From positions 1-27,743 of the forward strand of contig CAYFXC010000025.1 of the NCBI GenBank assembly GCA_964347045.1: a stretch of 27,743 bases of DNA, in the 5' to 3' direction. Below, piece by piece: positions 8,121 through 17,590 of the stretch. Source of the DNA: an uncultured archaeon. Lineage in GTDB: Archaea > Asgardarchaeota > Hermodarchaeia > Hermodarchaeales > Hermodarchaeaceae. The notes beneath the pieces are model-generated. The model was given only the letters and a program-made list of their open reading frames with translations, was not told the DNA's origin and did no database searches. Position 1 is the stretch's first letter. Every line of letters starts with the position of its first letter. The position numbers were made by a program, and so were the translations under genes.

Positions 8121-9202
8121 GTGAACTATCATCTCATCCTAACGCGCAAATGTAACCTGAATTGTAGCTATTGTCATGGAGGTGAAGAGACCGGAGCCTA
8201 CACGGAAATTCAATACTCCACGAATGATTTGGCTCAGTTTCTTCAGCAGGATTCGGATATTCAATTGATGTTCTATGGTGGAGAACCAACTCTTCGGATT
8301 TCTCTCATGACCGAGATAATGGACAGGTTTCCTTCAGCGCGTTACATGCTGCAAACCAATGGCCTCTTGCTGCATCAAATTCCCGTCGACTATTTGCATC
8401 GATTTCATTCCATTCTTGTTTCCATTAATGGAAATCGAGAGGTCACCGATGGGTATCGCTCAACGGGTGTATACGAACGAGTTTTGGAGAACGTGAGGAG
8501 ATTATATCAGCACGGATATCAGGGTGATGTGGTGGCACGGATGGCGATATCTGAGCAAAGTGATATCTACCGAGATGCGCGACACCTATTGACTTGAAAT
8601 CCCCGCATTTCCAGCATGTTCACTGGCAGCTTAATGTAGTGTGGGATGCGGAAGGAAATTGGCATGACTTTGATAGATGGGTTCACGACTCTTATTATCC
8701 AAGAATTGGTAGGCTAATTGATGATTGGTTCACAAAAATGCGAAAAGGCGTTGTCGAAGGGATTGTACCATTCCTTCCCATAATGTATGATCTCTTAACT
8801 GGAAAGAAGAGCACAATTCGATGTGGAGCTGGGCATGACACTTTTGCGCTTCATGTGGATGGGTCCATAGGCATTTGTCCCATTTCACCCGATTTACCCT
8901 TTTCGCTTGTTGGCGACATTTGGAAGACAACCCCTCAAGATCTCCACGATAGCATGCTATTTGATGAACCTTGTCCGTCTTGTGAAGAGTTTGGATTGTG
9001 TGGGGGGCGGTGTTTATTTGCGAATAAGAAACGGCTGTGGGGCGAGGAGGGGTTTCTGAAGATTTGTGATACCGTCAGACATCTTCTTGGTTACCTCAAA
9101 GATATTGTGCCAGAGGTTCACAAACTCATTGAGCAAAGAAAAATCTCGATTAACGACTTTGCGTATCCAGAATTTAATAACGGATGTGAGATTATTCCCT
9201 AA
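8121..9202 (+). pseudogene. Radical SAM/SPASM protein (AF0577-like family) split by a 1-nt frameshift near 8593
   Basis: CNLNCSYC and YGGEP in 8121..8597; SPASM cysteines and terminal NGCEIIP in 8594..9202; junction CTA TTG AC TTG AAA is one base short. Confidence 0.8.
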
Positions 9203-9269
9203 TATTACTTGGTATCCAAAAAGATGGAAATCCTTTTGGTGTGTCTACAAATACAGATAGCATTCAACT

Positions 9270-10484
9270 TTGATGGAGGTTTTGCATTTGCCTATTGTGA
9301 AGATTCCTCAGCATCGGTTTGATGAACGTTTAACTAAGCTTCGTGAGAAACTAGCGGAGAATAAGCTTGCGCATTTTATTGTGTTCAACCCAACGCACAT
9401 CTATTACCTTACAGGATTCGTCCACATTCCCACAGAGCGCCCCTTTGCCTTAGTTATTCAAGATGCGGATATTAGCTTCTTTGTCCCTGAGTTAGAAAAG
9501 CAGCATGTCGAGGAAGAGGTGCAGAATGTAGCGAAAATTGGGTCCTACTTTGACTACCCTGATGCCAAGCACCCGATGAAGCATTTTGCCACCTTCTTAA
9601 AACAAGACCTTAAAATAAAAGAGAAGCTGGGGGCAGAAGCTCCAGGTAGTTCGGGACGATGGGGCTATGAGGGACCGAAGTTAGAGGAAGTCTTAGGATT
9701 TCCAGTGAAGGTGATGTCCCAGCTCATTACGAATATGCGGGTTATCAAGGATGAGGATGAGTTAGCCTGTATTCGGGAATCGGCGATGTGGGCGAATTTA
9801 GCCCATCAGCTATTACAGGATAACACGCAAGTAGGATTAAACGAGGTTGAAGTGTCCACAACTGCGTCTTTGCAGGCGTCGATGGCAATGGGGAAGGCAT
9901 TGGGAATTGCGTATCGTCCCTTTGCGATTGGAGGTCTGCCAGTTCAAGCAGGGTATCGAGGGCAAATTGGTACATATTCAGCAATTCCTCATGCGATGAA
10001 CCGGTTTACGGTTTTTAAGGCAGGCGATACCTTAGTGACGGGTGCTACAGCGAATGTTGCAGGATATTATGCTGAGTTAGAGCGCACCATGTTTCTTGGT
10101 GAGCCAAATACAAAACAACGGAAATACTTTGATATTATGATGGACGCCCAAAAAGCCGCTTTTGATGCTTTTGCCCCGGGAAAGCCCTGTTCAGCTGTTG
10201 ATAAGGCAACGCGTACAGTGTTTAAACAACATGGAGTGATGGAGCTAGCACAGCATCATACGGGACACGCCATTGGCTTGGAAGGTCACGAGAAACCATT
10301 TCTTGACCATGGCATGGATGATATTATGGAACCGGGGATGGTTTTTACCGTGGAACCGGGAATCTATGATCGGTCGATTGGTGGGTTCCGACATTCGGAT
10401 ACAATTTTCATTACAGATGATGGAATGGAAATGGTAACCTACTATCCTTGGGATATGGACTACCTTACCATTGAGATCTGCTAA
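9270..10484 (+). CDS. M24/creatinase-family hydrolase (Xaa-Pro peptidase family)
   Basis: IYYLTGF, MRVIKDEDE, HTGHAIGLEGHE, TVEPGIY; likely start TTG 9288 after GGAGGT. Confidence 0.9.
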   Translation: MMEVLHLPIVKIPQHRFDERLTKLREKLAENKLAHFIVFNPTHIYYLTGFVHIPTERPFALVIQDADISFFVPELEKQHVEEEVQNVAKIGSYFDYPDAKHPMKHFATFLKQDLKIKEKLGAEAPGSSGRWGYEGPKLEEVLGFPVKVMSQLITNMRVIKDEDELACIRESAMWANLAHQLLQDNTQVGLNEVEVSTTASLQASMAMGKALGIAYRPFAIGGLPVQAGYRGQIGTYSAIPHAMNRFTVFKAGDTLVTGATANVAGYYAELERTMFLGEPNTKQRKYFDIMMDAQKAAFDAFAPGKPCSAVDKATRTVFKQHGVMELAQHHTGHAIGLEGHEKPFLDHGMDDIMEPGMVFTVEPGIYDRSIGGFRHSDTIFITDDGMEMVTYYPWDMDYLTIEIC

Positions 10485-10495
10485 CATGAACGTAG

Positions 10496-11254
10496 CTAGC
10501 CGTCCTTTAGAGCTTCTTTGACTAATGGGACATCACAGCAGCGAATCCCTTCATAGCCTTCTTTTGCTAGATGTTTGAGAAGTTTGGAGTAAAGGCGCCC
10601 TCCTTTCATTCGGAACGATTCTTGATGGAACAGAAACGTATAGTATTCCACACGGTGGTCTTTGGCACTATTGAGATCCTTGAGAATATATTTCCACGCC
10701 TCGTTTTCCGTCAGATAAAGGCGCCCAAAGAGATCCGTGTCCATTATACCGATGGGGATCTCAATCATTCCTTCCTCAAGTTGATAGGGTTCAATGGTGC
10801 CGACCGTTTTTGCGCGGTAGGAAGAATCGTAGTGAATGAATTCTTCTTTAAAGAGCGCGAGAAGCGGGGGAAAAACCCAGAGGTTATGGCAGCGTACTCC
10901 TTGGACTGGACCGATAACATCGTTAAAGAACGCTTTCTGAATTTGTAAAAGCCCCGCAGATTGGGGGTGGTTTTCATGAACATAATGGAGTTGAAGTTCG
11001 GTCCCCTCGCGTTGGATGGATTTCAAAGTATCTAAAATACTATAGAGATTGAAGAGGAAAGTGGGAATAAAAAAAGTGGAACGAAAACCCATTTCTGCTT
11101 CTAATTGTACGATATCCGCGATGTTGTTGTAAAGATTAAGGGTACCTTTTTCGGCTGCTTTGAAGTCTTTTTCGGTGAATCGGTCACGGCGGGCGCGGAT
11201 GTGTTCAATGGGTTTTTGAATGGAATCCGCGTCATGGGTAAGTATAATTCTCAT
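10496..11254 (-). CDS. Polysaccharide deacetylase-like (NodB/CE4-type) protein
   Basis: LTHDAD, RSTFF, LH, GVRCH, YDSS, EIP..IMD, LFH motifs. Confidence 0.8.
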   Translation of the reverse strand: MRIILTHDADSIQKPIEHIRARRDRFTEKDFKAAEKGTLNLYNNIADIVQLEAEMGFRSTFFIPTFLFNLYSILDTLKSIQREGTELQLHYVHENHPQSAGLLQIQKAFFNDVIGPVQGVRCHNLWVFPPLLALFKEEFIHYDSSYRAKTVGTIEPYQLEEGMIEIPIGIMDTDLFGRLYLTENEAWKYILKDLNSAKDHRVEYYTFLFHQESFRMKGGRLYSKLLKHLAKEGYEGIRCCDVPLVKEALKDG

Positions 11255-11274
11255 GGTTTTTCGTCTCTCAGATT

Positions 11275-13188
11275 TTATCGTGTTTTGTAACGCCTTTCAA
11301 TAATACGGAGAAAATCGGTCACCTTGTGGAAACAGGGAACTCCAAGTTCGATAAATTGCTGGAACCTATAAGCGTTGTTAGTAATGGCAATCGGTTCCAT
11401 TAGCAAGGTTGCCGCAGATACGGCATCGGTCATGGTGTCACCGACCAAACAAGCCCGTTTTGCGGGAGTATGTAATGACTGAATTGCCAGTTCGGCTTGG
11501 TGTACGCGGTTCATCCCATGTTCGCGCCCAACAATAAAATCCACCGTACCCTCAAGCCCCAGCTGATTAATCGCATTTAGAATATTCCGAGAGGTCTGTT
11601 TTGACACAATAGCTGTTTTAATGTTATATTGTCGAAGCGCCTGGAGACTTTTCGCCATTACTTTTGACTGTGAAAGTTTTGCAACCGCATGCTCTTCATA
11701 GGTTTCAACAATATGGCTCATTTTCTCATATCTATGAGCGTCCGTTTGTTGAGCACGATAAAGATTAACCATAACTGAAACCTCTTGCGGATCGCATAAT
11801 CCTTTTAACAAAAGCATTTGCCAAACCGCGCCCCAGTTGACCTTCAGAGTTGCTAATGTTCCATCAAGATCAAAGATCACTGCTTGAAGGGGGTTTTGTG
11901 AGAGACGTTGTTGGAGTGCGCGAATATTTTGTTTGTGTTGATTCCGAAGCATTTTCTTTGGGCGGCTCGCATCAGTTTTCAAGATATTGAAAAATCTTGA
12001 AAGGATTCCAAACATGAGTTCGGGAGGGTCTCGGAGATGAATATCTGTGCGTTGGTTTCGTTTTATGGCATGCCAAAGCATGCGAAGCCAAACTTTCGGA
12101 TTTGTACGGAAATAGGCACTAAATCCTGGGAGAAGCCAAGAAAAACAGCCACGAGTTCCCCGTTTATGAAAAATAGGATGTTCAGAGGCATCTGGATCTG
12201 GGGTCCATTCATATTCGTGACTATGTAGAAGGTATTGGGGGATATCAAGGTCCCAAGCGGTGGCCAGTTCAAGGCTTCCCCAAAACTTAGGATTTACTTC
12301 AAGCAAGTAATAATCGCCAGTTTCTTCATGTTTACGGAACTCGACCATTATAACGCCAGACCAACCGAGGGATGTCGTTACACTTCTTCCTAAGTCGTAG
12401 ATGGGAGAATCCGAGTCATAACAGGCAACGAGACTAGCACCTCCGCTGGGATTGGTTTCAATTATACGTCGATGAACGTATTCTGCGAGGATACGTCCAT
12501 TTTGAGCAACTGAAAAGTATCCAGTACCAGAACCTGGGATAAATTGTTGGGCAATTAATGGACCCACGCGAGAGCTGACAATTTGCTTGAGTTCTGATGC
12601 GTGAAATACATATTGAGGACGCGCTGCATCTGATATGCCTTTCACAACTAACGGGAATCCTAGAGTTGTAAGCGCTTTTTTCCAGGATCGTTTGCTTATG
12701 CGTTCTGTTTTTGGATAGTGAACTCCGGTAGTTTGGCATAATTCTTTTAATGTGGCTTTATTTGCTGCTTTCTTAATGGCTGTATGATTAGGTGCGAGTA
12801 TGATTCCTTTTTTCCCCAATGATTTGCGATGGTTTGTTAATATCATCGCGTCAATGAATCCTACAGGTACAACAATTGGATTGTATTTTTCCATCAATAA
12901 TTTGATTTGATTGAGATAGGCATTTTCTTTTTCATACGGGTTGCTAATATGATATCGTCGATTAAGATAACGGGAAAAGACGGGGGAGCGCCAAGCATAA
13001 AACGCGCCAATCGTGAAGTATTTCATCTTTTTGAGAGACCTAATGATTGGGTAAGCTTTCTTTTGATTGGCAGATACAATTAATACCGTGCTTTTTCCCC
13101 GTTGAGCCCCAGTTGTCACTGCCCTACTTCGACTGGAGGTCGCTGATAATTGATCGAAGCCATCAAAGGAACCCAAAGGAGAAGGCAT
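11275..13188 (-). CDS. ATP-grasp carboxylate-amine ligase fused to a HAD-family hydrolase
   Basis: GFPLVVK, QQFIPG, MVEFR, LLEVNPKFWGS; C-terminal IFDLDGTL, IVSK, VGDTMTD. Confidence 0.85.
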   Translation of the reverse strand: MPSPLGSFDGFDQLSATSSRSRAVTTGAQRGKSTVLIVSANQKKAYPIIRSLKKMKYFTIGAFYAWRSPVFSRYLNRRYHISNPYEKENAYLNQIKLLMEKYNPIVVPVGFIDAMILTNHRKSLGKKGIILAPNHTAIKKAANKATLKELCQTTGVHYPKTERISKRSWKKALTTLGFPLVVKGISDAARPQYVFHASELKQIVSSRVGPLIAQQFIPGSGTGYFSVAQNGRILAEYVHRRIIETNPSGGASLVACYDSDSPIYDLGRSVTTSLGWSGVIMVEFRKHEETGDYYLLEVNPKFWGSLELATAWDLDIPQYLLHSHEYEWTPDPDASEHPIFHKRGTRGCFSWLLPGFSAYFRTNPKVWLRMLWHAIKRNQRTDIHLRDPPELMFGILSRFFNILKTDASRPKKMLRNQHKQNIRALQQRLSQNPLQAVIFDLDGTLATLKVNWGAVWQMLLLKGLCDPQEVSVMVNLYRAQQTDAHRYEKMSHIVETYEEHAVAKLSQSKVMAKSLQALRQYNIKTAIVSKQTSRNILNAINQLGLEGTVDFIVGREHGMNRVHQAELAIQSLHTPAKRACLVGDTMTDAVSAATLLMEPIAITNNAYRFQQFIELGVPCFHKVTDFLRIIERRYKTR

Positions 13189-13235
13189 ATGTATCAACTG
13201 TATTGGTACTCGTTATTTGGGGTTTTGATTGTTTC

Positions 13236-13805
13236 CTAACGTGGTTTGCAAATAATCTCTTGAATGTAAAGATCAAAGATATTGTTCGTATGGGCAGGTT
13301 TTATAACCATAGCGGCGTCGAGTCCCCATCCTGTTCCACCAAATGCGACGATTGATTGGTCCATAGGAATCAAACCGGCGTCAGCGGCCATGATGGTGAT
13401 TTCAACACCTACTTTCACGCCTTGACCAAGCATTTTGAGCGCATTTCCGATGATGATAGCAGGTCCAACGGTGTCAAACTTTTTCCGAAGACCACGTTCC
13501 ACACCGCTGAGCACATGGCTCGCTGTAAGGATTGGGACATTTGCTTCTTCGAGGGTTTTTCGATGTTCGGGAAGAAGTTGATTGTGGCCAGGTTCTTTAA
13601 ATCCGCTCATATGGGTGACGATGACTAAATTAAGCTCCTTCATGATTTCAAGGGCTTTTACCGCTGATGCCCCCGTCGTGGTGGGTATGACTGCATGGGT
13701 AATCTTCAATTCTTTTGCACGTTTATGGGCAAGTTGCAGAGTTTCGTCAGTGTTTACCGTACCTTTTTCTTTAAAATAGGTGACAGAGACTTTCATAGCG
13801 TTCAC
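13236..13805 (-). CDS. Pyruvate-kinase C-terminal-like (alpha/beta) domain protein, archaeal conserved family
   Basis: YF..KG..NT.ETL, TTG.SA, VTH..GF.EPG, GQGVKV.VEI..MAADAG, GGTG.G.D, EIICKP. Confidence 0.85.
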   Translation of the reverse strand: MNAMKVSVTYFKEKGTVNTDETLQLAHKRAKELKITHAVIPTTTGASAVKALEIMKELNLVIVTHMSGFKEPGHNQLLPEHRKTLEEANVPILTASHVLSGVERGLRKKFDTVGPAIIIGNALKMLGQGVKVGVEITIMAADAGLIPMDQSIVAFGGTGWGLDAAMVIKPAHTNNIFDLYIQEIICKPR

Positions 13806-13886
13806 CTTGGATTTTCTTGTTTTTACCTTTTGGGCAAACCTCTACCTTTTTTGGTAATATCGTCTATTTTCTGTATGGTGCCAATA

Positions 13887-14564
13887 ATGTCTGGTATTCC
13901 TGAAGATGTCGAAAGTACCGTTGTTAAGCGGTTTGAAAAGGATTTGAAGAGCCCTGTTCGACTAGTTTTTTTTACTCAAGAAGTAGAATGCACATTTTGT
14001 GCCCAAACGCATCAACTGCTTGAAGCCGTGGCGGGTTTATCTGATAAAATTAGCCTTATAGTGTATGATTTTGTTAAAGAGAAGGAGAAGGCTGAGGAGT
14101 TGGGGATTGATAAGATTCCTGCGCTAGCGATTTTGAGTGAGAAGGATTATGGGATTCGAATGTATGGCATTCCTTCGGGTTATGAATTTCAGACACTGGT
14201 TGAAGGCATAACGTTAGTATCCAGTGGGGATAGTGCCTTGTCTTCAAATGCTGAGAGAGCTCTTGCTAAGGCAGCGACTAAACCTGTGAAGATTCAAGTG
14301 CTTGTGATTCCCACCTGTCCTGTGTGTCCCCTTGTGGGTGCAATGGCGTTTCAATTTGCTGTAGCAAACTCGCATATTTTTGTCGATATCGTGGAAATTG
14401 CTGAGTTCCCCCAAATTGCGAACAAATACAATGTAATCGGAACCCCTAAGACGGTCTTAAATGAAATTGTTCAATTTGATGGTGTGATTCCTCCTGGACA
14501 ATTCCTTATGCTGATTCAACAAGCGGCACAAGGCTCCCCAACAGGAATTTCTCCAACAATCTGA
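13887..14564 (+). CDS. pdo: Archaeal protein disulfide oxidoreductase (two thioredoxin folds)
   Basis: CTFC and CPVC active sites, YGIPSGYEF; start MSGIP after GGTG. Confidence 0.9.
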   Translation: MSGIPEDVESTVVKRFEKDLKSPVRLVFFTQEVECTFCAQTHQLLEAVAGLSDKISLIVYDFVKEKEKAEELGIDKIPALAILSEKDYGIRMYGIPSGYEFQTLVEGITLVSSGDSALSSNAERALAKAATKPVKIQVLVIPTCPVCPLVGAMAFQFAVANSHIFVDIVEIAEFPQIANKYNVIGTPKTVLNEIVQFDGVIPPGQFLMLIQQAAQGSPTGISPTI

Positions 14565-14598
14565 TTACGATACGATCCCATTTGTGGTTGTGTATTAC

Positions 14599-15597
14599 AT
14601 GAGCAAACAAGAAGAAATGTATGATATTGCAATAATTGGTGGTGGTGTCACAGGCTTTGCAGCAGCAATGTATGCGGGTCGTATGCTACTTAAGACCATC
14701 TTAGTTGGCTATCCCCCGGGTGGTGTTATTGCAACCACTGATTGGATAGAAAATTACCCTGGGTTCATTTCGCTTTCAGGAAAGGAATTATCAGACAAAA
14801 TAGCAGCCCATGCAAGAGAATATGAGGTGGAGTTCGTTTTCGACGTTGTTACTGAAATAACCCGACAAGGACAATATTTCTCTGTTCGCACAGCCTTCGA
14901 TGAATATTCTGCAAAAACTTTGCTTTTTGCCACTGGAACACAATTTCGAAAACTTCAGGTTCCAGGATCAGAACGCTTTGAAGGGAAAGGTGTACAGTTT
15001 TGTGGATTGTGTGATGGTCCGATGTTTGCACAAAAGACTGTAGCAGTGGTTGGAGGGGGGGATAGTGCGGCAAAAGAAGCGTTAATTCTTGCACAATGGA
15101 CCGACCACATTTACATAATCGTTCGAGGTGATAGGCTAAGAGCTGAACCAGTAAATCTCGAACGCGTGAAACAAAACGAGAAGATAACAATTATTCTAGA
15201 TACGAGTGTGTCAAGTATTGAAGGAAGCACACGAATTGAAAAGGTTGTGTTAGACAAACCCTTTGATGGGAGCAATGCGCTGGCGGTTGAAGGTGTGTTT
15301 GTGGCTATTGGCAATGTTCCATTATCGGATTTAGCATCAAAGTTAGGCGTTAAGACTAATGAGAAAGGAGAAATTCTCATCAACCGCCAAACCGAGACTA
15401 ACATCAAAGGAATTTTTGCTGCGGGAGATGTTACAGACACAGACTTTAAACAAGCCATTACAGGTGTGGCAGAAGGAGTCACTGCAGCCTATCAGGCTTA
15501 CAAATTCATAGGCGGCGAGCAAGTGTGTACAAGCGTGGACTCAGAGTATGCCGATTGCCCACCCGCTTCAGATGATATGCGACGTATACCTGATTAA
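14599..15597 (+). CDS. trxB: Thioredoxin reductase (low-MW type)
   Basis: IIGGG, IENYPG, CGLCDG, VGGGDSA, FAAGD. Confidence 0.93.
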   Translation: MSKQEEMYDIAIIGGGVTGFAAAMYAGRMLLKTILVGYPPGGVIATTDWIENYPGFISLSGKELSDKIAAHAREYEVEFVFDVVTEITRQGQYFSVRTAFDEYSAKTLLFATGTQFRKLQVPGSERFEGKGVQFCGLCDGPMFAQKTVAVVGGGDSAAKEALILAQWTDHIYIIVRGDRLRAEPVNLERVKQNEKITIILDTSVSSIEGSTRIEKVVLDKPFDGSNALAVEGVFVAIGNVPLSDLASKLGVKTNEKGEILINRQTETNIKGIFAAGDVTDTDFKQAITGVAEGVTAAYQAYKFIGGEQVCTSVDSEYADCPPASDDMRRIPD

Positions 15598-15608
15598 ATT
15601 CCAAGTAG

Positions 15609-16598
15609 ATGAATAGGATGAAATTCTACTATGATGAAGACGCGAATTTAGATTACATAGCAGAACGTACAATTGGTGTCATCGGTTATGGTAATCAAGG
15701 ACGCGCGCAAGCCCTAAATTTGAGAGATAGCGAAGTAACAGTTATCATTGGCACACAAAAAGATGAGACTTTGGATCAGGCTATTGCCGATGGTTTTTCT
15801 GTGTATTCTGTAGCAGAAGCTGTGAAACAATCAGATGTGATAGCTCTGCTTATTCCAGACGAGGTGGTTCCTGAAGTTTATGAGGCATCTATTCAACCAT
15901 ATCTAAAGAAAGGAAAAACGCTGAACTTCGCTACTGGTTATAACGTTGCATTCGGTCTTATTGACTTGCCACCTAAAATTGATGTAATCATGGTCGCTCC
16001 TCGTATGCTTGGTGAAGGGGTTCGTGAACGTTATTTAAGCCAAAAAGGGTTTCCGAGCTTTGTTGCAGTTCACCAAGATGCCTCTGGTCATGCGAAAGAA
16101 ATTCTTCTAGCCTTCGCAAAAGGAATTGGCAGTACCCATATGGGTGTGATGGAAATATCCATGCACGAAGAGGCAGTCATGGATCTTTTTTACGAACAGG
16201 GTGTAGGACCCTTGATAGGACGTTGTTTGCTTGCAGCCTATCAGGTCTTAGTTGATGCCGGATTCCCGCCTCAAGCTGCACTATTAGAATTGTACGTATC
16301 AGGAGAATTAGCAATGGCCTTCCAAGCAATGGCAGAAAAAGGAATTTTGGAACAAATGAAGCTGCATTCACCTACAAGTCAATATGGCTCGATGTCAAGA
16401 AGCGCTCGTGTCGATATGGCTCCTTACTTTGCACACCTTCAGTTAATATTGGATGAAATACAAAGTGGCGCATTCGTGGACGAATGGACAAAAGAAAAGG
16501 AAGCGGGCTATCCTACGTTGAAACTGCTAAGAGAAAGCGCGAAAATGTTACCGATGCACAAAGAGGAAGCGCTGTTACGAAAATCTCTCCGTCGATAA
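15609..16598 (+). CDS. ilvC: Ketol-acid reductoisomerase family protein (divergent)
   Basis: GYGNQGRAQALNLRDS, LIPDE, MVAPR..G..VR, E...DLF.EQ, S.TSQYG. Confidence 0.85.
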   Translation: MNRMKFYYDEDANLDYIAERTIGVIGYGNQGRAQALNLRDSEVTVIIGTQKDETLDQAIADGFSVYSVAEAVKQSDVIALLIPDEVVPEVYEASIQPYLKKGKTLNFATGYNVAFGLIDLPPKIDVIMVAPRMLGEGVRERYLSQKGFPSFVAVHQDASGHAKEILLAFAKGIGSTHMGVMEISMHEEAVMDLFYEQGVGPLIGRCLLAAYQVLVDAGFPPQAALLELYVSGELAMAFQAMAEKGILEQMKLHSPTSQYGSMSRSARVDMAPYFAHLQLILDEIQSGAFVDEWTKEKEAGYPTLKLLRESAKMLPMHKEEALLRKSLRR

Positions 16599-16622
16599 AC
16601 GATAATTGCCTTCACCAAGACG

Positions 16623-17492
16623 CTATTCAGGAATAAGTTGCCACAAATTTGAGTTGGGTTTGACATAGTATTTCATTTGCTCTGAGACTTTGAAGCCCTC
16701 TGTTTCGAAGATATGTCGTGCAGGTTCATTGGCGATGGAAACACGGAGCCACGCTCTGAAATGTCCTTGTTCGCTAAGATAGTTTTTTGCCCATTGCGTC
16801 ATCGTACGACCATAACCTTTACCACGCAGGTTAGGGTGGACCCCCAACATTCCAATTGTAGGTCCCTCAAGGCTGATAACTCCAATTGTGTTAGTTTGTT
16901 CTTTGACTAAGATAACTTCCATTTGTGAGAGAGTGGATTCGAGCTTGTCTGGAGGAAGTTGACGAATATTATAGAGTACTGTGTGAAGCAGCCGATCGGG
17001 TGTATCGTGCATCATTGCTTCAATATTATTCAAAACAAGAGATGTTTCGTCAGGTGATGTACGAGTAAAGGTCAATTCGGTCTGAGGGGGAGCCACATCC
17101 TGTAGCGGAATACCCATTTTGACTGTTTCATCATATACAGTGAAGTTTGCATTTTCAAGCGATTGACTAGTTTCCTGTTTATCGGCACTGACGATACAAG
17201 TAAGGTAGGCGGCCTGTTGCTTGGCCGCAATTGTATCAGCTTCATTAAGTAACCGTGTGACGGCTTCGGTTTCGTGGCGAAAGAGATAGATTTGGATGAA
17301 AGGTGTGCTTGCAGGTTGTAATAGTTCGCGGGGTTCTTGTGCGGCAACAATTAATCCTAATACGGTTTGATCTTGAACCAGCACCCAGTATGGAAACTCA
17401 GCTTGTTCGAAGATGGTCTTTAGACCAAGGAATTGATCTGAGTAGGTTTCTATTTCAGCTTCAGTTGATGCGATTAAGTGCACGTTTATCAC
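16623..17492 (-). CDS. Tandem GNAT-family acetyltransferase, paralog of 2218..3105
   Basis: LGVHPNLRGKGYG, NEPARHIFETEGF; shared QEP..LL.P..TPF block. Confidence 0.85.
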   Translation of the reverse strand: MINVHLIASTEAEIETYSDQFLGLKTIFEQAEFPYWVLVQDQTVLGLIVAAQEPRELLQPASTPFIQIYLFRHETEAVTRLLNEADTIAAKQQAAYLTCIVSADKQETSQSLENANFTVYDETVKMGIPLQDVAPPQTELTFTRTSPDETSLVLNNIEAMMHDTPDRLLHTVLYNIRQLPPDKLESTLSQMEVILVKEQTNTIGVISLEGPTIGMLGVHPNLRGKGYGRTMTQWAKNYLSEQGHFRAWLRVSIANEPARHIFETEGFKVSEQMKYYVKPNSNLWQLIPE

Positions 17493-17590
17493 CAGCGGTA
17501 TTTGAATTCCTCCTGAGAAACCACTTAAACATGGCGCTGAAAACGTAAATTCAAGAAATTTGTCAGGTGATTCGCAGAAAGGAAATTGTG

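Noticed and set aside
8580-8600. Programmed ribosomal frameshift in the radical SAM gene
   Set aside because: No slippery heptamer or homopolymer at the junction
13695-13886. N-terminal extension of PDO in the ORF track
   Set aside because: It overlaps the divergent gene and promoter; family-like sequence begins at 13887
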